Positions 51,001 through 64,000 of a stretch of 64,000 nucleotides of DNA are shown here, piece by piece. The DNA lies in assembly GCF_009914755.1 (NCBI RefSeq), contig NC_060947.1; one strand, 5' to 3'. Below the pieces are notes generated by a model. That model saw only the letters and a program-made list of their open reading frames with translations. It was not told where the DNA came from and did no database searches. Numbering within the stretch: position 1 is the first letter of the stretch; the number at the start of each line of letters is the position of its first letter. Both the position numbers and the translations under genes were made by a program. This DNA is from the human T2T-CHM13v2.0 reference genome, Homo sapiens.

Positions 51001-54000
51001 GGACCAAGCAGACCTAATAGACATCTACAGAACTCCTCACCCCAAATCAACAGAATATACATTCTTCTCAGCATCACATCACACTTATTCTAAAGTTGAC
51101 CACATAATTAAAAGTAAAACACTCCTCAGCAAATGCAAAAGAACAGAAATCATAACAAACAGTCTCTCAGACCACAGTGCAATCAAATTAGAACTCAGGA
51201 TTAAGAAACTCACTCAAAACCGCACAACTACATGGAAACTGAACAACCTGCTCCTGAATGACTACTGGGCACAGAACGAAATAAAGGCAGAAATAAATAA
51301 GTTCTTTGAAACTGATGAGAACAAAGACACAATGTACAAGAATCTCTGGGACACAGCTAAAGCAGGGTTTAGAGGGAAATTTATAGCATTAAATGCCCAC
51401 AGGAGGAAGCAGGAAAGCTATAAAGTTGAAACCTTAACATCACAATTAAAAGAACAAGAGAAACAAGAGCAAAGAAATTCAAAAGCTAGCACAAGATGAG
51501 AAATAACTAAGATCAGAGCAGAACTGAAGGAGATAGAGACATGAAAAACTCTTCAAAAAAATCAATGAATCCAGGAGATGTTTTATTGAAAAGATTAACA
51601 AAATGGATAGACCATTAGCCAGACTAATAAAGAAGAAAAAAGAGAAGAATCAAATAGATACCAAAAAATATGATAAAGAGATATCACCACTGATCCCACA
51701 GAAATACAAACTACCATCACAGAATAGTATAAACACCTCTATAAAAATAAACTAGAAAATCTAGAAGAAATGGATAAATTCCTGGACACATACACCCTCC
51801 CAAGACTAAACCAGGAAGAATTAGAAACCCTGAATAGACCAATAACAAGTTCTGAAATTGACACAGTAATTAGTAGCCTATCAACCAAAAAAAGCCCAGG
51901 ACCAGAAGGATTCACAGCCGAATTCTACCAGAGGTACAAAGAGGAGCTGGTACCATTCCTTCTGAAACTATTCCAATCAATAGAAAAAGAGGGAATCCTC
52001 CCTCACTCATTTTATGAGGCCAGCATCATCCAGATACCAAAACCTGGCAGAGACACAACAAAATAAGAAAATTTCAGGCCAATATCCCTGATGAACATCA
52101 ATGCGAAAATCGTCAATAAAAAACTGGCAAGCCAAATCCAGCAGCACATCAAAAACCTTATCCACCACGATCAAGTCGGCTTCATCCCTGGGAAGCAAGG
52201 CTGGTTCAATATACACAAATCAATAAATGTAATCAATCACAAAAACAGAACTAATAACAAAAATTACATGATTATCTCAATAGATGTAGAAAAGGCCTTC
52301 AATAAAATTCAACAGCCCTTCATGCTAAAAACTCTCAATAAACTAGGTATTGATGGAATGTATCTCAAAATAATAAGAGCTATTTATGACAAACCCACAG
52401 CCAAGATCATACTGAGTGGGCAAAAGCTGGAAGCATTCCCTTTGAACACAGGCACAAGACAAGGATGCCCTCTCTCACTACTCCTGTTCAACATAGTATT
52501 AGAAGTTCTGGCCAGGGCAATCAGGCAAGAGAAAGTAATAAAGGGCATTTAAATAGGAAGAGAGGAAGTCAAATTGTCTCTGTTTGCAGATGACATGGTT
52601 GTATATTTAGAAAACCCTATCGTCTCAGCCCCAAATCTCTTAAAGCTGATAAGTAACTTCAGCAAAATCTCAGGATACAAAATCAACATTCAAAACTCAC
52701 AAGCATTCCTATACGCCAATAATAGACAAACAGAGAGCCAAATCTTGAGTGAATTCCCATTCACAATTGCTACAAAGAGAATAAAATACCTAGGAATCCA
52801 ACTTACAAGGGATGTGAAGGACCTCTTCAAGGAGAACTACAAACCACTGCTCAAGGAAATAAGGACACAAACAAATGGAACAACATTCCGTGCTCATGGA
52901 TAGGAAGAATCAATATCGTGAAAATGGCCATACTGCCCAAAGTAATTTATAGATTCAATGCTATCCCCATCAAGCTACCATTGACCTTCTTCACACAATT
53001 AGAAAAAACTACTTTAAATTTCATATGGAACCAAAAAAGAGCCCATATAGCCAAGAAAATCCTAAGAATCCTAAGCAAACAGAACAAAGCTGGAGGCATC
53101 ACAGTACCTGACTTCAAACTATACAAGGCTACAGTAACCAAAACAGCATGGCACTGGTACCAAGACAGAGATATAGACCAATGGAACAGAACAGAGGCCT
53201 CAGAAATAGCTCCACACATCTACAACCATCTGATCTTTGACAAACCTGACAAAAACAAGAAATGGGGAAAGGATTCCCTATGTAATAAATGGTGTTGGGA
53301 AAACTGGCTAGCCATATGCAGAAAACTGAAACTGGACCCCTTCCTACACCTTATACAAAAATTAACTCAAGATGGCTTAAAGATTTAAACCTAAGACCCA
53401 AAACCGTAAAAACCCTAGAAGAAAACCTAGGCAATACCATTCAGGACATAAGCATGGACAAAGACTTCATGACTAAAACACCAAAAGCAATGACAACAAA
53501 AGCCAAAATTGACAAATGGGATCTAATTAAACTAAAGAGCTTCTGCACAGCAAAAGAAACTATCATCAGAGTGAATAGGCAGCCTACAGAATGGGAGAAA
53601 ATTTTTGCAATCTATCCATCTGACAAAGGGCTAACATCCAGAATCTATAAGGAACTTAAACAAATTTACAAGGAAAAAAAACCTGTCAAAAAGTGGGCAA
53701 AGGATATGAACAGAGACTTCTCAAAAGAAGACATTTATGTGGCCAAACAAACATGAAAAAAAGCTCATCATCACTGCTCATTAGAGAAATGCAAGTCAAA
53801 ATCACAATGAGATACCATCTCACGCCCGTTAGAAGGGTGATCTTTATAAAGTCAGGAAATAACAGATGCTGGAGAGGATGTGGAGAAATAGGAATGCTTT
53901 TACACTGTTGGTGGGAGTGTAAATTAGTTCAACCATCGTGGAAGACAGTGTGGTGATTCCTCAAGGATCTAGAACCAGAAATACCATTTGATCCAGCAAT

Positions 54001-54552
54001 CCCATTACTGGGTATATACCCAAAGGATTATAAATCATTCTACTATAAAGACACAGGCACACATATGTTTATTGCAGCAGTATTAACAATAGCAAAGACT
54101 TGGAACCAACCCAAATGCCCATCAACGATAGATGGATAAAGAAAATGTGGCACATATACTCCATGGAATACTATGCAGCCATACAAAAGGATGAGTTCGT
54201 GTCCTTTGCAGGGACATGGATGAAGCTGGAAACCATCATTCTCAGCAAACTAACACAGGAACAGAAAACCAAACACCACATGTTCTCCCTCATAAGTGGG
54301 AGTTGAACAATGAGAACGCATGGACACAAGGAGGGGAACATCACACACTGGGACCTGTTGGAAGGTGGGGGGCTAGGGGAGGGATAGCATTAGGAGAAAT
54401 ACCTAATGTAGATGACGGGTTGATGGGTGCAGCAAACCACCATGGCATGTGTATACCTATGTAACAAAACTGCACATTCTGCACATGTATCCCAGAACTT
54501 AAAGTATAATATTAAAAAATAAATAAATAAATTTTAAAAAATAAAATAAAAT
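48076..54552 (+). mobile_element. Full-length decayed LINE-1, L1PA7-type
   Basis: 5'UTR from 48076, ORF1 about 49413-50436, ORF2 about 50483-54306 in many broken pieces ([18 protein letters not shown] motif, CWRGCGEIG..LHCWWEC), 3'UTR GGGGGCTAGGGGAGGGATAGC...GTAGATGACGGGTTG, A-rich tail. Confidence 0.96.
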
Positions 54553-54680
54553 TATGATTAAAAAACAAATGCAAGTAACAAAAACAGGTTTTGGGAAAAA
54601 CACAATTGTTACTTTGTAAAGTAAGACAGGATTGGTGGCATAGGACCATAATGATGTGGGCATATTAGAGGATAGCCAAC

Positions 54681-55005
<325 letters not shown>

Positions 55006-56239
55006 TCACTGGGGTATTGCCACTGGCCTGAAAATTTTTCACAGAGAATGGATAGTGTCTTTAATTTAGAGCGTTTACATGAAGCTCAGTTAAGGGAAAA
55101 GTTAGTGCATATTAAAAAGATAGAAGCAGAGCTGTTGTGATTAAACCTGAGGGAAGGGACCTGGGCGCCTGCCCTTTAGTCTACTCCTCACTTTAACTTT
55201 GGTCATATGTAGAAATTTGGTCTCTAATAGGATGCAAGAATTTATAGTAGTGATGACTACAGGTTGCCCATGCCCTAAGGAAGATCTCCTCTCCTCCCTA
55301 GCCCCTTCTGAACTACTCAAGATTCTTGTTGTAGGACAAACATATGCAGTTTCTAAACTCACTTACCAAGTTGATGACAGACAAGCAAAAATAAAGGTAT
55401 ACAAAAAAAGGAAGTAAAGAGGTGGACTGTTGCCATGCCAAGAAAATAAGATTTCAGTTCCCAGGACCTATCATAAGGCCAGAAGAGGCCAGAGCAGATC
55501 GTGTTCAGCCTAAGATGTCGGTGAGATGACAGAAAATCCTTTTCTGTAGTGCCTGTATTGCAAATGAAAATACCAAAGAAAAGGCCCTGCCTCTATGCTG
55601 CTGATTTTGCCATTTTGGAGGGAAGGGAGCATTTCTGAACATGTGGCTTCCAGAAGACAGAGACTATATCTTCTTCATTTCTGAGGCCCTACTTTCCATC
55701 CCGGACCTTTTCACAGAGTAGGGGCTAAAACTACTTATGAAATGAATGAATAAAAATTTGCCCTTAAGTCCAAGATCTTGGGCAGAATTATGCCTGATCT
55801 GGGATTTTAGATAAATCAATCACCTGATCCCAAAATATCTGGATCTTCAGTAGATCTGATTGCATATTCCATAGCCAGAACAAATTCATTTATAGATTAA
55901 GCCAACAGTTGCCTACAGCATGTAATTTGAGATTCCTCAAAAATATAAAAAAGAAACATGTGACATACTTATGCGATTTTGTATGAAGAAATGAGGAAAC
56001 TCGATGCCTTTATTACAGGTGTATCTGCTCATGATGCTCTCAACACCAGATAAGGAAGATAGCTCTTGTCCCTGAGAGCTTACAGTGTAATGTAGTCTTC
56101 TATACACCATTTAGCAACCAAAGAAAGAAACACATAAATACATTGAAAAATGAATGATGCTTTTGCATTTTGAATGAGAACAGAATGAAATGCCTAATGG
56201 AAATTATGGAGAAGCAGTTTTTGTAGGGTAAATTGATAG

Positions 56240-56450
56240 ACACAGTATCTGACAGACCTGGTTTTAATTCTTAATTCTTTATTTCTCAATCCAATTTTTA
56301 CCTGTATGACCTAGGGCAAATCATTTCATTTATTTGGTCCTCAATTTCTACATGTGAAAAGTGAGGTTAGTAATAACTATCTCAATGATTTGTTTTATAG
56401 GCTAAGTAAAATATTGGGTATAAAGTGCCTGTCACATAATACATTCTTAT
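56240..56450 (+). mobile_element. MIR SINE
   Basis: CTGTATGACCTAGGGCAAATCATTT...TAAAGTGCCTGTCACATAATA. Confidence 0.75.
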
Positions 56451-56782
56451 TACGTGTGAGCTTCCCTCTCTGTTTCCTTCCTTTCTTCTTTACATGTTTA
56501 GATGCTGAAGGTCCAAAAGGACATTACCTATATTGCAAGTCATCTGGAAGTTTACCTCAAGAAGGATAGGGATTTAAAACGCTGTCCAAAAGAAGTAAAG
56601 AAAATAATTTGAAAATAAATACAGATGTGGAAAAAACTAAAAGAGTATGAGAATTCAAAGGAAAATTTCAGTTCAAAGTAATTTACTTATGTATCAAACA
56701 TTTTAAAAAATAATGTTTCTTAAGCATCTTCTTGTGTAGTTCTTATGAAGACTGGCCTTGAACTTTATAAAGGAGCATTTTC

Positions 56783-57137
56783 TTTCTTTTTTTTGGGTTT
56801 TGAATTTTTTTATTATTATACTTTAAGTTCTAGGGTACATGTGCACAACGTGCAGGTTTGTTACATATGTATACATATGCCATGTTGGTGTGCTGCACCC
56901 ATTAACTCGTCATTTAGCATTAGGTATATCTCCTAATGCTATCCTTCCACCCTCCCCCAACCCCACAACAGGCCCTGGTGTGTGATGTTCCCCTTCCTGT
57001 GTCCAAGTGTTCTCATTGTTCAATTCCCACCTATGAGTGAGAACACGCGGTGTTTGGTTTTTTGTCCTTGCGATAATTTGCTGAGAATGATGGTTTCCAG
57101 CTTCATCCATGTCCCTACAAAGGACATGAACTCATCA
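56783..57137 (-). mobile_element. 5'-truncated L1PA3/4-type 3' end
   Basis: TTATTATACTTTAAGTTCTAGGGTACATGTGCACAACG... with T tail; exact 14-bp TSD AAAGGAGCATTTTC at 56769-56782 and 57138-57151. Confidence 0.95.
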
Positions 57138-57849
57138 AAAGGAGCATTTTCAAGAAAACAAATCACTTGCATTTTTATTAAACAATAGATAATGGGGCTT
57201 AACAAAAGAATTCTTACCATGTAGAAAATGGATACAGTCTGGTCTTGGTTCAGAAAATAGTTGGAAGAATGTCACATATATAAATATAATGTCCCCATAG
57301 AAGAGAATGATAGCAGTTAGATGTGAAGAAAAAGCAAGAAAACCTTTAGATTCAACTACAACTGAGAAGATCCTCAAGAAAGTGACAATGATGAACATGT
57401 GGGAGACAAGGATGACTGGTCAAGAGCTCATCCAAATGAAGCACCCAGTGAAAAAGAACAAAGAATTCATTATGTAGGTGTCTGAGCAGGAGAGGACCAA
57501 GAGTGGGAAACTGTCACCAAAAAAGCTGATGATGGTTTGAACTTACAAAAGGCAAATATAGAGATTGAACCTCCTAAAAACATAGTATGGATAACTCCAT
57601 GCCCGTAACATGAAGCCACTAATTGGATACAACAAACTTGGGACATAGTGACAGGATAGAGCATGGGTTGTCTGATTGGCATATAAATGTCCTTGCCCAG
57701 GGAGGCTAAAAGATTGCATTCAGTAGTCACAAAGAACAAAAATACCAGCATTTGTATCACATAATAGGAGAAGGAAATTGTCTCTGCCAAAAATTTCACC
57801 ACTGCCTTGGAGACTGTGGCTGGGAACAAACAGAAATGTCTGAAGATAA

Positions 57850-58011
57850 TTTTTCAACCCCCACTCTCTCAACACCCTCCCCCATTTTGGAGTCACCAGT
57901 GTCTATTATTTCCATTTTATGTCCATGTGTACCCATTGTTTAGCTCCTTGAATCCATAATAGAACATATATTTTGAAATATAATAATATAATTTCAAAAA
58001 AACTAAAAAAT
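57850..58011 (+). mobile_element. Short L1PB4-like insertion with 5' inversion
   Basis: 57850-57947 is antisense L1 3'UTR; followed by sense CCTTGAATCCATAATA and an AT/A-rich tail; decayed TSD. Confidence 0.65.
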
Positions 58012-58118
58012 AAATCTATGAAGGATAAACTTTAGAGGACAAAGTACATGGTGGTATGGAAATGGGACTAACTCTGATAAAGATCAGGAAGCCAGTTTCT
58101 TACAAACAGGACTGCATA

Positions 58119-58589
58119 ACTATTCATAACAGCAAAGACATGGCATCAACCCAAATGCCCATCAATGATAGACTGGATAAAGAAAATGTGGTAAATATAC
58201 ACCATGGAATACTATGCAGCCATAAAAAGGAACAAGATCATGTCCTTTGCAGGGACGTGGATGGAGCTGGAAGCCATTATCCTCAGCAAACTAACACAGG
58301 AACAGAAAACCAAACACCATGTGTTCTCACTTATAAGTGGGAACTAAACAATGAGAACACATGGACACAGAGAGGGGAACAATGCACACTGGGGTCTGGG
58401 CAGAGGCAGGGGAAGGAAGATAATCAGGATAAATAGCTAATGCATGCGGGGCTTAATACCTAAGTGATGGGTTAATAGGTGCAGCAAACCACCATGGCAC
58501 GTTTACCTATGTAACAAATCTGCGTGTACTGCACATGTATCCCAGAACTTAAAAGAAAATAAATTTTTTAAAACAAAGAAAAATAAAAG
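58119..58589 (+). mobile_element. 5'-truncated L1PA8-13-type 3' end
   Basis: CCCAAATGCCCATCAATGATAGACTGGATAAAG...GCACATGTATCCCAGAACTTAAAAGAAAATAAA. Confidence 0.92.
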
Positions 58590-58749
58590 TCATCTTAGTG
58601 CACAGTTATACAGGAGGCATAGTCATTAAAATTTTGGCAACAAATGATCGAAGAATACAACTCATAAGAGAGTATATATAAGAACGCAGAAATGCTCTGC
58701 ATTTCTACAGCAGTAAATTTCAATGTTTCTAGACATGAAAAATACTTTC

Positions 58750-58980
58750 TCTTTTTTCTTTTTGAGACAGGATCTCACTCTGTCACCCAGGCTGGATTAC
58801 AGTGCAGCCTCGACTTCCAGGGTTCAAATGATCCTTTCTCCTCAGTCACCTGAGTAGCTGGGACTACAGGCGCTCATGACCACACCCAGCTAATTTTAAA
58901 AAATTATTTTTTGTAGAAATGCAGCCGCACCATGATGCCCAAGTTCGTCTTGAACTCTTGAGCTCAAGGGATTCTCCCAC
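58750..58980 (-). mobile_element. Truncated AluJ
   Basis: TTTTGAGACAGGATCTCACTCTGTCACCCAGGCTGG...GAGCTCAAGGGATTCTCCCAC; lacks the Alu 5' end. Confidence 0.88.
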
Positions 58981-60462
58981 AGAAAAATAACTGCATATAC
59001 CAAGACAAATGCCCAAAGGGGATCACTTGTATTTGTGGATCGTATGTGATTCCAGATGAAACAAATTTTGTCATCAAATTTTATTAGCAAACTGTGATTC
59101 TTTAGTGCATCCCTGATCACAACTGCCGCATCTTATTAGCTCAACAGAAGAATGTTCCATTGGTAAAAATAACAACAGTTAGAATTTCTGTACACACACA
59201 GTAGTCAGTGGAGATATGGAGTTATTACCTTGGAATATGGAGTGTTAAATACAAGAATGCAAGTCTTTATTTTTAGAAGCCTGGAACACAGACCTTCCTT
59301 CAGATCTCATCCGGGAAAACAGTGATTAACCTGGTATGTGACGTCAGCCAGATCATTTCATTGTCCCAATACATTAACTCCATAGCCTCTCACTACTCCT
59401 ACATAGAACATTGCCTGATATTTTGTATGCAGTAGATGCTTTGAGACATTTTCATACTCTTTAGTTATGCAACAACTTTGAAGAAAATAACCCAAAAAAT
59501 AACCCAAAAGAAAGAAATAGTGTTTAGAACAAAAGCATTAGTTGTGAAGGTCACTGCATTTTCTATATTTTGTATAGAAATACACTGTATTTTGTATATT
59601 TCAATATGTAGTTACGAGTGTTTGGCTTCTGAAGTTCATTAACTCATTCTATGACCTAGGACCTTGGCTACGCCACGCAATGTTTTATAAACTGATGACA
59701 CAGGTATGAAATATATAATTCCTGTCCTGAATGAGCCCACAGGTTAAACGTGAAGATAGTCTCAATACAGGGTAAGAAGTACATGTAGGGAACTGAGTAC
59801 TGAGTCCAGATAAACGCTGAATACATCTACAGCTCCTGGGTGGGACTTTGGGACCCAGTGACTTAAGACTCCTCAAGATCTCAAGCTGACATTCTCAGTG
59901 CTTTGGAAGGTACCATTTTGAGACAAAGTATTATATCTGCTAATTCAACAATACCATAGAATTGAAATTCCCAATGTCCTCTAAGATCTTGTCTCACTTT
60001 GCTTTCCTAGACAGTCAGTACCCTACTTACTTATGCTGACATCTTACACTTTCCAAAGATGCGAACTTGCTTAAAATTAGGCATTTCTTGCACACCCAAA
60101 GAAAGTGTCCTTCAAGCACTCAGCACTCACTTGTGTGCTTTTTTAGTAATAAAGGCAGTGATAGGAACACAAAGCAATGGAGATGAACCAATAATCCAGG
60201 ACAGAGAAATTGCTTACATTCCCGGGAGGGGAGCACAAAACTAAGAAAAAAATATATATATGTTCACTTTACATTTCACAGTCATTAAAGAAATTTTTGC
60301 TAATACTATCAAGGCAGGTCAATTAATTTAAACATGCCATTGAAAATGGTATTTTATAATGTTATTTGAAATGAAGGAGATAAAAATGCTTGATCTGAAA
60401 CCTTACATGTCAATTACAGAAAGCTCACCTTAGACTCTAGTATTTACAAGAGAAGTTCTTAA

Positions 60463-60887
60463 CCATGGTTTCTCATCTGAATCTCATATGTTGATAGTGG
60501 AAACCCATGCAAAATCCACTTAGCCAGAACCTCTGCATGTAGGCCCTCATCACATGCTTTTTTGGTTTGAGAGGTAATCAACTTTATTGAAGTATAATTA
60601 TCATCTAAAAATGCACCCGATTTAAGTGAAAGTTCAAGGAGCAGGGACAAATATATACGCAACTAAATATAGAACTATTTCCACAACCCCAGAAAGTTCT
60701 CTTCTGTCCCATTCGAGTCAATTCATCCCATTTTTGGTCCTAGACAGTCACTGATCTGCTGTCTGTAACTATAAATCAGTTTGCCTCAAATTTCATATCA
60801 GTGAATGAATTCATATAGTACCTAGTACGTATGATCTTTTAAAGTATCCATGAGTGATTCTGATGGAGTCAATGTTGGGAACCACTG
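60463..60887. mobile_element. MER5-type hAT MITE interrupted by an L1M 3' fragment (about 60560-60825, -)
   Basis: Ends GTGATTCTGATG...GTTGGGAACCACTG; inner CAACTTTATTGAAGTATAATT...ACCCCAGAAAGTTC. Confidence 0.6.
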
Positions 60888-61339
60888 ATATAGAGGCTCC
60901 ATAAAGGACAGAATGAAAGATGACCATCATCAGCTGAATATAAACCAAAAGGTTTAGATTCTAGAGCATGTGTTTAAATCATGCTTACAAAATTCCTATA
61001 GTTCAAAACTGAGGTCCATGAAAATTTTTTGGATGAAGATTAAGATTGATATTAAATTACAGTTTGGAATCCTGTTACATGTCTATAGCTACATAGCTAA
61101 GTGAAACACTTGTCTCTCAGATCCATTGTCAAATCCAAAATCCCCCTCTTTTACATTTTGCCTCAAAGTGAAGTTAACCAGATACCAAAACATATTATTT
61201 AGCAGTGTGAGTCTACAGTGTGAAAGAGGAATGAGGACTGGGGCTGAGGAAGCATTTTAATAAACTTGACCATGAATACCATAATAGGGCTTATTGGCAT
61301 AACCTGAATCAGTACGTATGTACACAAGGCCAATGACTC

Positions 61340-61490
61340 ATTGTTATGGAGCAATGGTCTGGACTTTGCCACTATTTTCATGACTGCCTTCTCCTTTGTT
61401 CTCAAGATTCTCCATTTGCAAAATAAGGAGCTTAAACCATATACTTTCAAAGGCGGCCTCTGACCTCAACATTCTAGGGTTCTATTTTAG
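61340..61490 (+). mobile_element. MIR3/MIRc fragment
   Basis: TCTCCATTTGCAAAATAAGGAGCTT...CTCAACATTCTAGGGTTCTA. Confidence 0.55.
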
Positions 61491-64000
61491 TGAATTTGTC
61501 AATGAAAATATTGCTTAACACCAATGCTTAATGTTAGTCTGCAACATTTGTAAGAGTAAGCTAAACAAAAATCTCATAGGAAGAGTTTGTGTATTAAGGT
61601 TATTCCAGGATGACCACAACATTTGAGTCAGGAATAAGACCTTAAAATGGACTCTTTCTTACAGAGCTAAATGTGTTTAAACATTATGTGGTGTATTATT
61701 TTAATATTCTTTTGGGAGTGAGACAGAAAGCCAAAAAAGAAAGCCCCTGACCCAGGTCCTTCTTGTTCTCTGTTCCGAAGAGGAACCCAGTGACATCATG
61801 TCCATATCTTCAACTTTATCTGAAGAAATTGTACCATCAGGCAGTTACCTTGGCTTTACATCTTTTCCTTGTTACCATGAAAAAATAAGGAAAGGTCTAC
61901 AGAAATAATGTTAGTTCAACGTTTTGAATGTGTATAGGCAATAGCATTTTTCTCTTTTCTCCATAGTGAAGCATAGTGAACCACTTACATAATAAACATT
62001 TTACACCTAAATCCAGATTAATTTAATACAGATCTTCTTAAAGTATTCAGTAATTCACTGGGCCATAAAATTTGCTTATTTAAAAAAAGTCTATGTAACC
62101 TAAAAAACTATGCCTATATTTAGGCAACCATCTCAGAGATGTGTGTTCAGAGTAAAAGAAGGGGCTAATCTAGAGAATTTGGCTAGCTTTTGGGGGAAAA
62201 AATCTCATGTGTGCTTAAGTCACAATGTAAAAAATGCATTTCAATGAGAGTGGTATTACAACATTTAACTGTATTCATACTGATGAGAATATCTCACAAC
62301 TATCAAAATGAAAAAAACATTTTGTGGAATACATCTCAAAAATGCTTTGTGGAAAAACAGTAAAATATGATGCCATTGAAAACTGTTGGAAATACGATAA
62401 ATATTTATAAATCTAACTTGTTAGGATATTAAATACCTGAAATGCAGGGAATTCAGAAACATTTGTTGTGAAATAAGACTTCCCAAGTAAAAGGACATCA
62501 AAAATATCACGGAAGGTTAATTATAAACATGGACACCTCCCCACATGTATGGAATGTGAACCAAAAGATTAAGGGCAGTTTCCACTCATATACGAAAAAA
62601 TAACAAGTCATGCATTTAAGCTTAAAGAACACCCCAATTAAAGACACAATTGAAAAACAAATGTATATATGAAGGGAAAATAAGGCCCCTAAGGAAGAGG
62701 AATTGGAAGAAGGGGCCAAGGCAAGAGGATGAAAGTGCTCGGCGCTGGTCCCAGGTAAAGTTATGACTCTGGGCAGGTGGTCTGAGGATTGCCCATTTGC
62801 AGCTCCATACCCATTTCCCTCTGACATCTCTCCCTGCCCACTCAGGCTCCTGCTCTGACCCTAGCGAAACCCTGCTTTTGGGTGAAAACCTCTAGATCAT
62901 GCTCACCACAGTACAAAAACTAATCCAGCTCCATGGGCTCCTGGGAGTGGCTGGGGCTAAGCAGGGGAGAAGGGGAGGAAGATGGTGTGCCTCTTCATGG
63001 CTATCACACCAGTGAGTTCACTTAAAGGAGTCTGGTGCCCCTGGGAGAAGTTGCTGTATGATGCCTCCCCTCCCTTCCTAGATCTGAGTGGGGCTGTGCC
63101 TGGTGATGGCCCATCTCTGAAAAAAATGTACTGTTGAGAACAAACGCCAATTTTCTGGCTACGCTAATAAGAGCTAAGTGACGCAGTGGACAAAGCAATG
63201 ATGCTGTTCCTGGCTCAATCTCTCTCTTCGACAATGATAATTTGCCACATCAAGTTACCTTCCCAGACACAAAGCATCAGAGGATTAGCTATTAAAAGAA
63301 AGACATTTTCTCGCTCATTACAGCCTGCAATGTAAAATGTCCAGAAATACAAGGAGTCCTGTTTTCACCATTAAAGTAGAAATTATTTCCGGCAGCTTTG
63401 GGAGAAAATGCAATTATTTTCCTTCCTGTCACAGTGTTTTCAAACTCACCTAGAGATGAGAGCACCCTATTAAAATGGACTCATTGTTCGAATGATGCCA
63501 GTGAATGCGCTTCTCTGACCTGGGGGTGGGAGACTGGCTCCTGAGTCCTCACCCCTTGGGATTCAGGGTCACTAAGGGCAGAGGTAATTAGACAGTGCTG
63601 AGCCACTGCCACTTACATGCTAGTCACAGGAAGAGGAAACTTTTCAAGGAAGAAAGTGAGCAGTTCAGGTAGAGCCCACCCATTTTGCTAATAGCCAGAG
63701 CTCACATTGCCAGTTTGCTGCAGACTTTTTTGGTTGCTCTATTCCTGGAAGTCCAGTGGCTCCCTGCCCCTTGCGAAACCTCACAGTTTGGATCTGCTTA
63801 GCCATGGGTCTTTCTCCACTTGCCTGTTGCCACAGGGAAAGAAAGACACCCCTAACTCCATCTGCACTGAAACTGAGCTCATTGGCTTTGGGCAGAGCTC
63901 TCAACCAATTTGGCTGTTAAGCAAAGTTGCTCGAGGTGGCAGGTTGCCTCCCTGCAGGGTCCACTAGACTTTGTTCTTGTCACTGGGCTGGTCACAGTCT

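Larger units (their letters stand above)
56765..59110 (-). pseudogene. Olfactory receptor pseudogene, OR5-like, fragmented by L1 and Alu insertions
   Basis: Pieces in order: 59110-58981 (LKNHS, KFVSSGITYDPQIQVIPF, VLVYAV); 58118-58012 (HFHTTMYFVL*SLSFID); 57849-57138 (FVTTECNLLA, SCSDTY-like, AFSSHLTAIILFYG, PIIYCL); 56782-56765 (ENAPL*). Confidence 0.88.

Noticed and set aside
48076-54552. Full-length L1 as an active element
   Set aside because: ORF1 and ORF2 have numerous stops and frameshifts and the 5' YY1 motif is mutated
63925-63965. CTCF-like sequences near the right edge
   Set aside because: Multiple mismatches or wrong spacing in the core

Overview
Primate (human-like) genomic DNA from a repeat-dense, L1-rich region containing a small cluster of three dead olfactory receptor (OR) genes: an OR5-type pseudogene (18150-19082, -), an OR1-type pseudogene (44410-45383, +), and an OR5-type pseudogene broken into four pieces by retrotransposon insertions (56765-59110, -). 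I see no intact host protein-coding gene, RNA gene or CRISPR-like array. The large features are the 5' 4.5 kb of a young L1PA2/3-type element (-) with disrupted ORF1/ORF2 but an open antisense ORF0, a full-length decayed L1PA7-type element (+), five Alus, MaLR LTRs, hAT/mariner fossils and many MIR/L2/L1M fragments. Nearly all short ORFs in the supplied track are repeat-derived or chance. I found no evidence for a new multi-gene system. The best-supported oddities are mechanistic fossils visible at base level: an L1-retrotransposed polyadenylated MER41 LTR piece, a 108-bp templated copy of unique DNA placed 3.4 kb away, an LTR with a 27-bp rather than 5-bp flanking duplication, a twin-primed inversion and a possible 3' transduction inside an OR gene. 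Subfamily names come from remembered consensus sequences, boundaries of old repeats are approximate, and regulatory calls are motif-only hypotheses.
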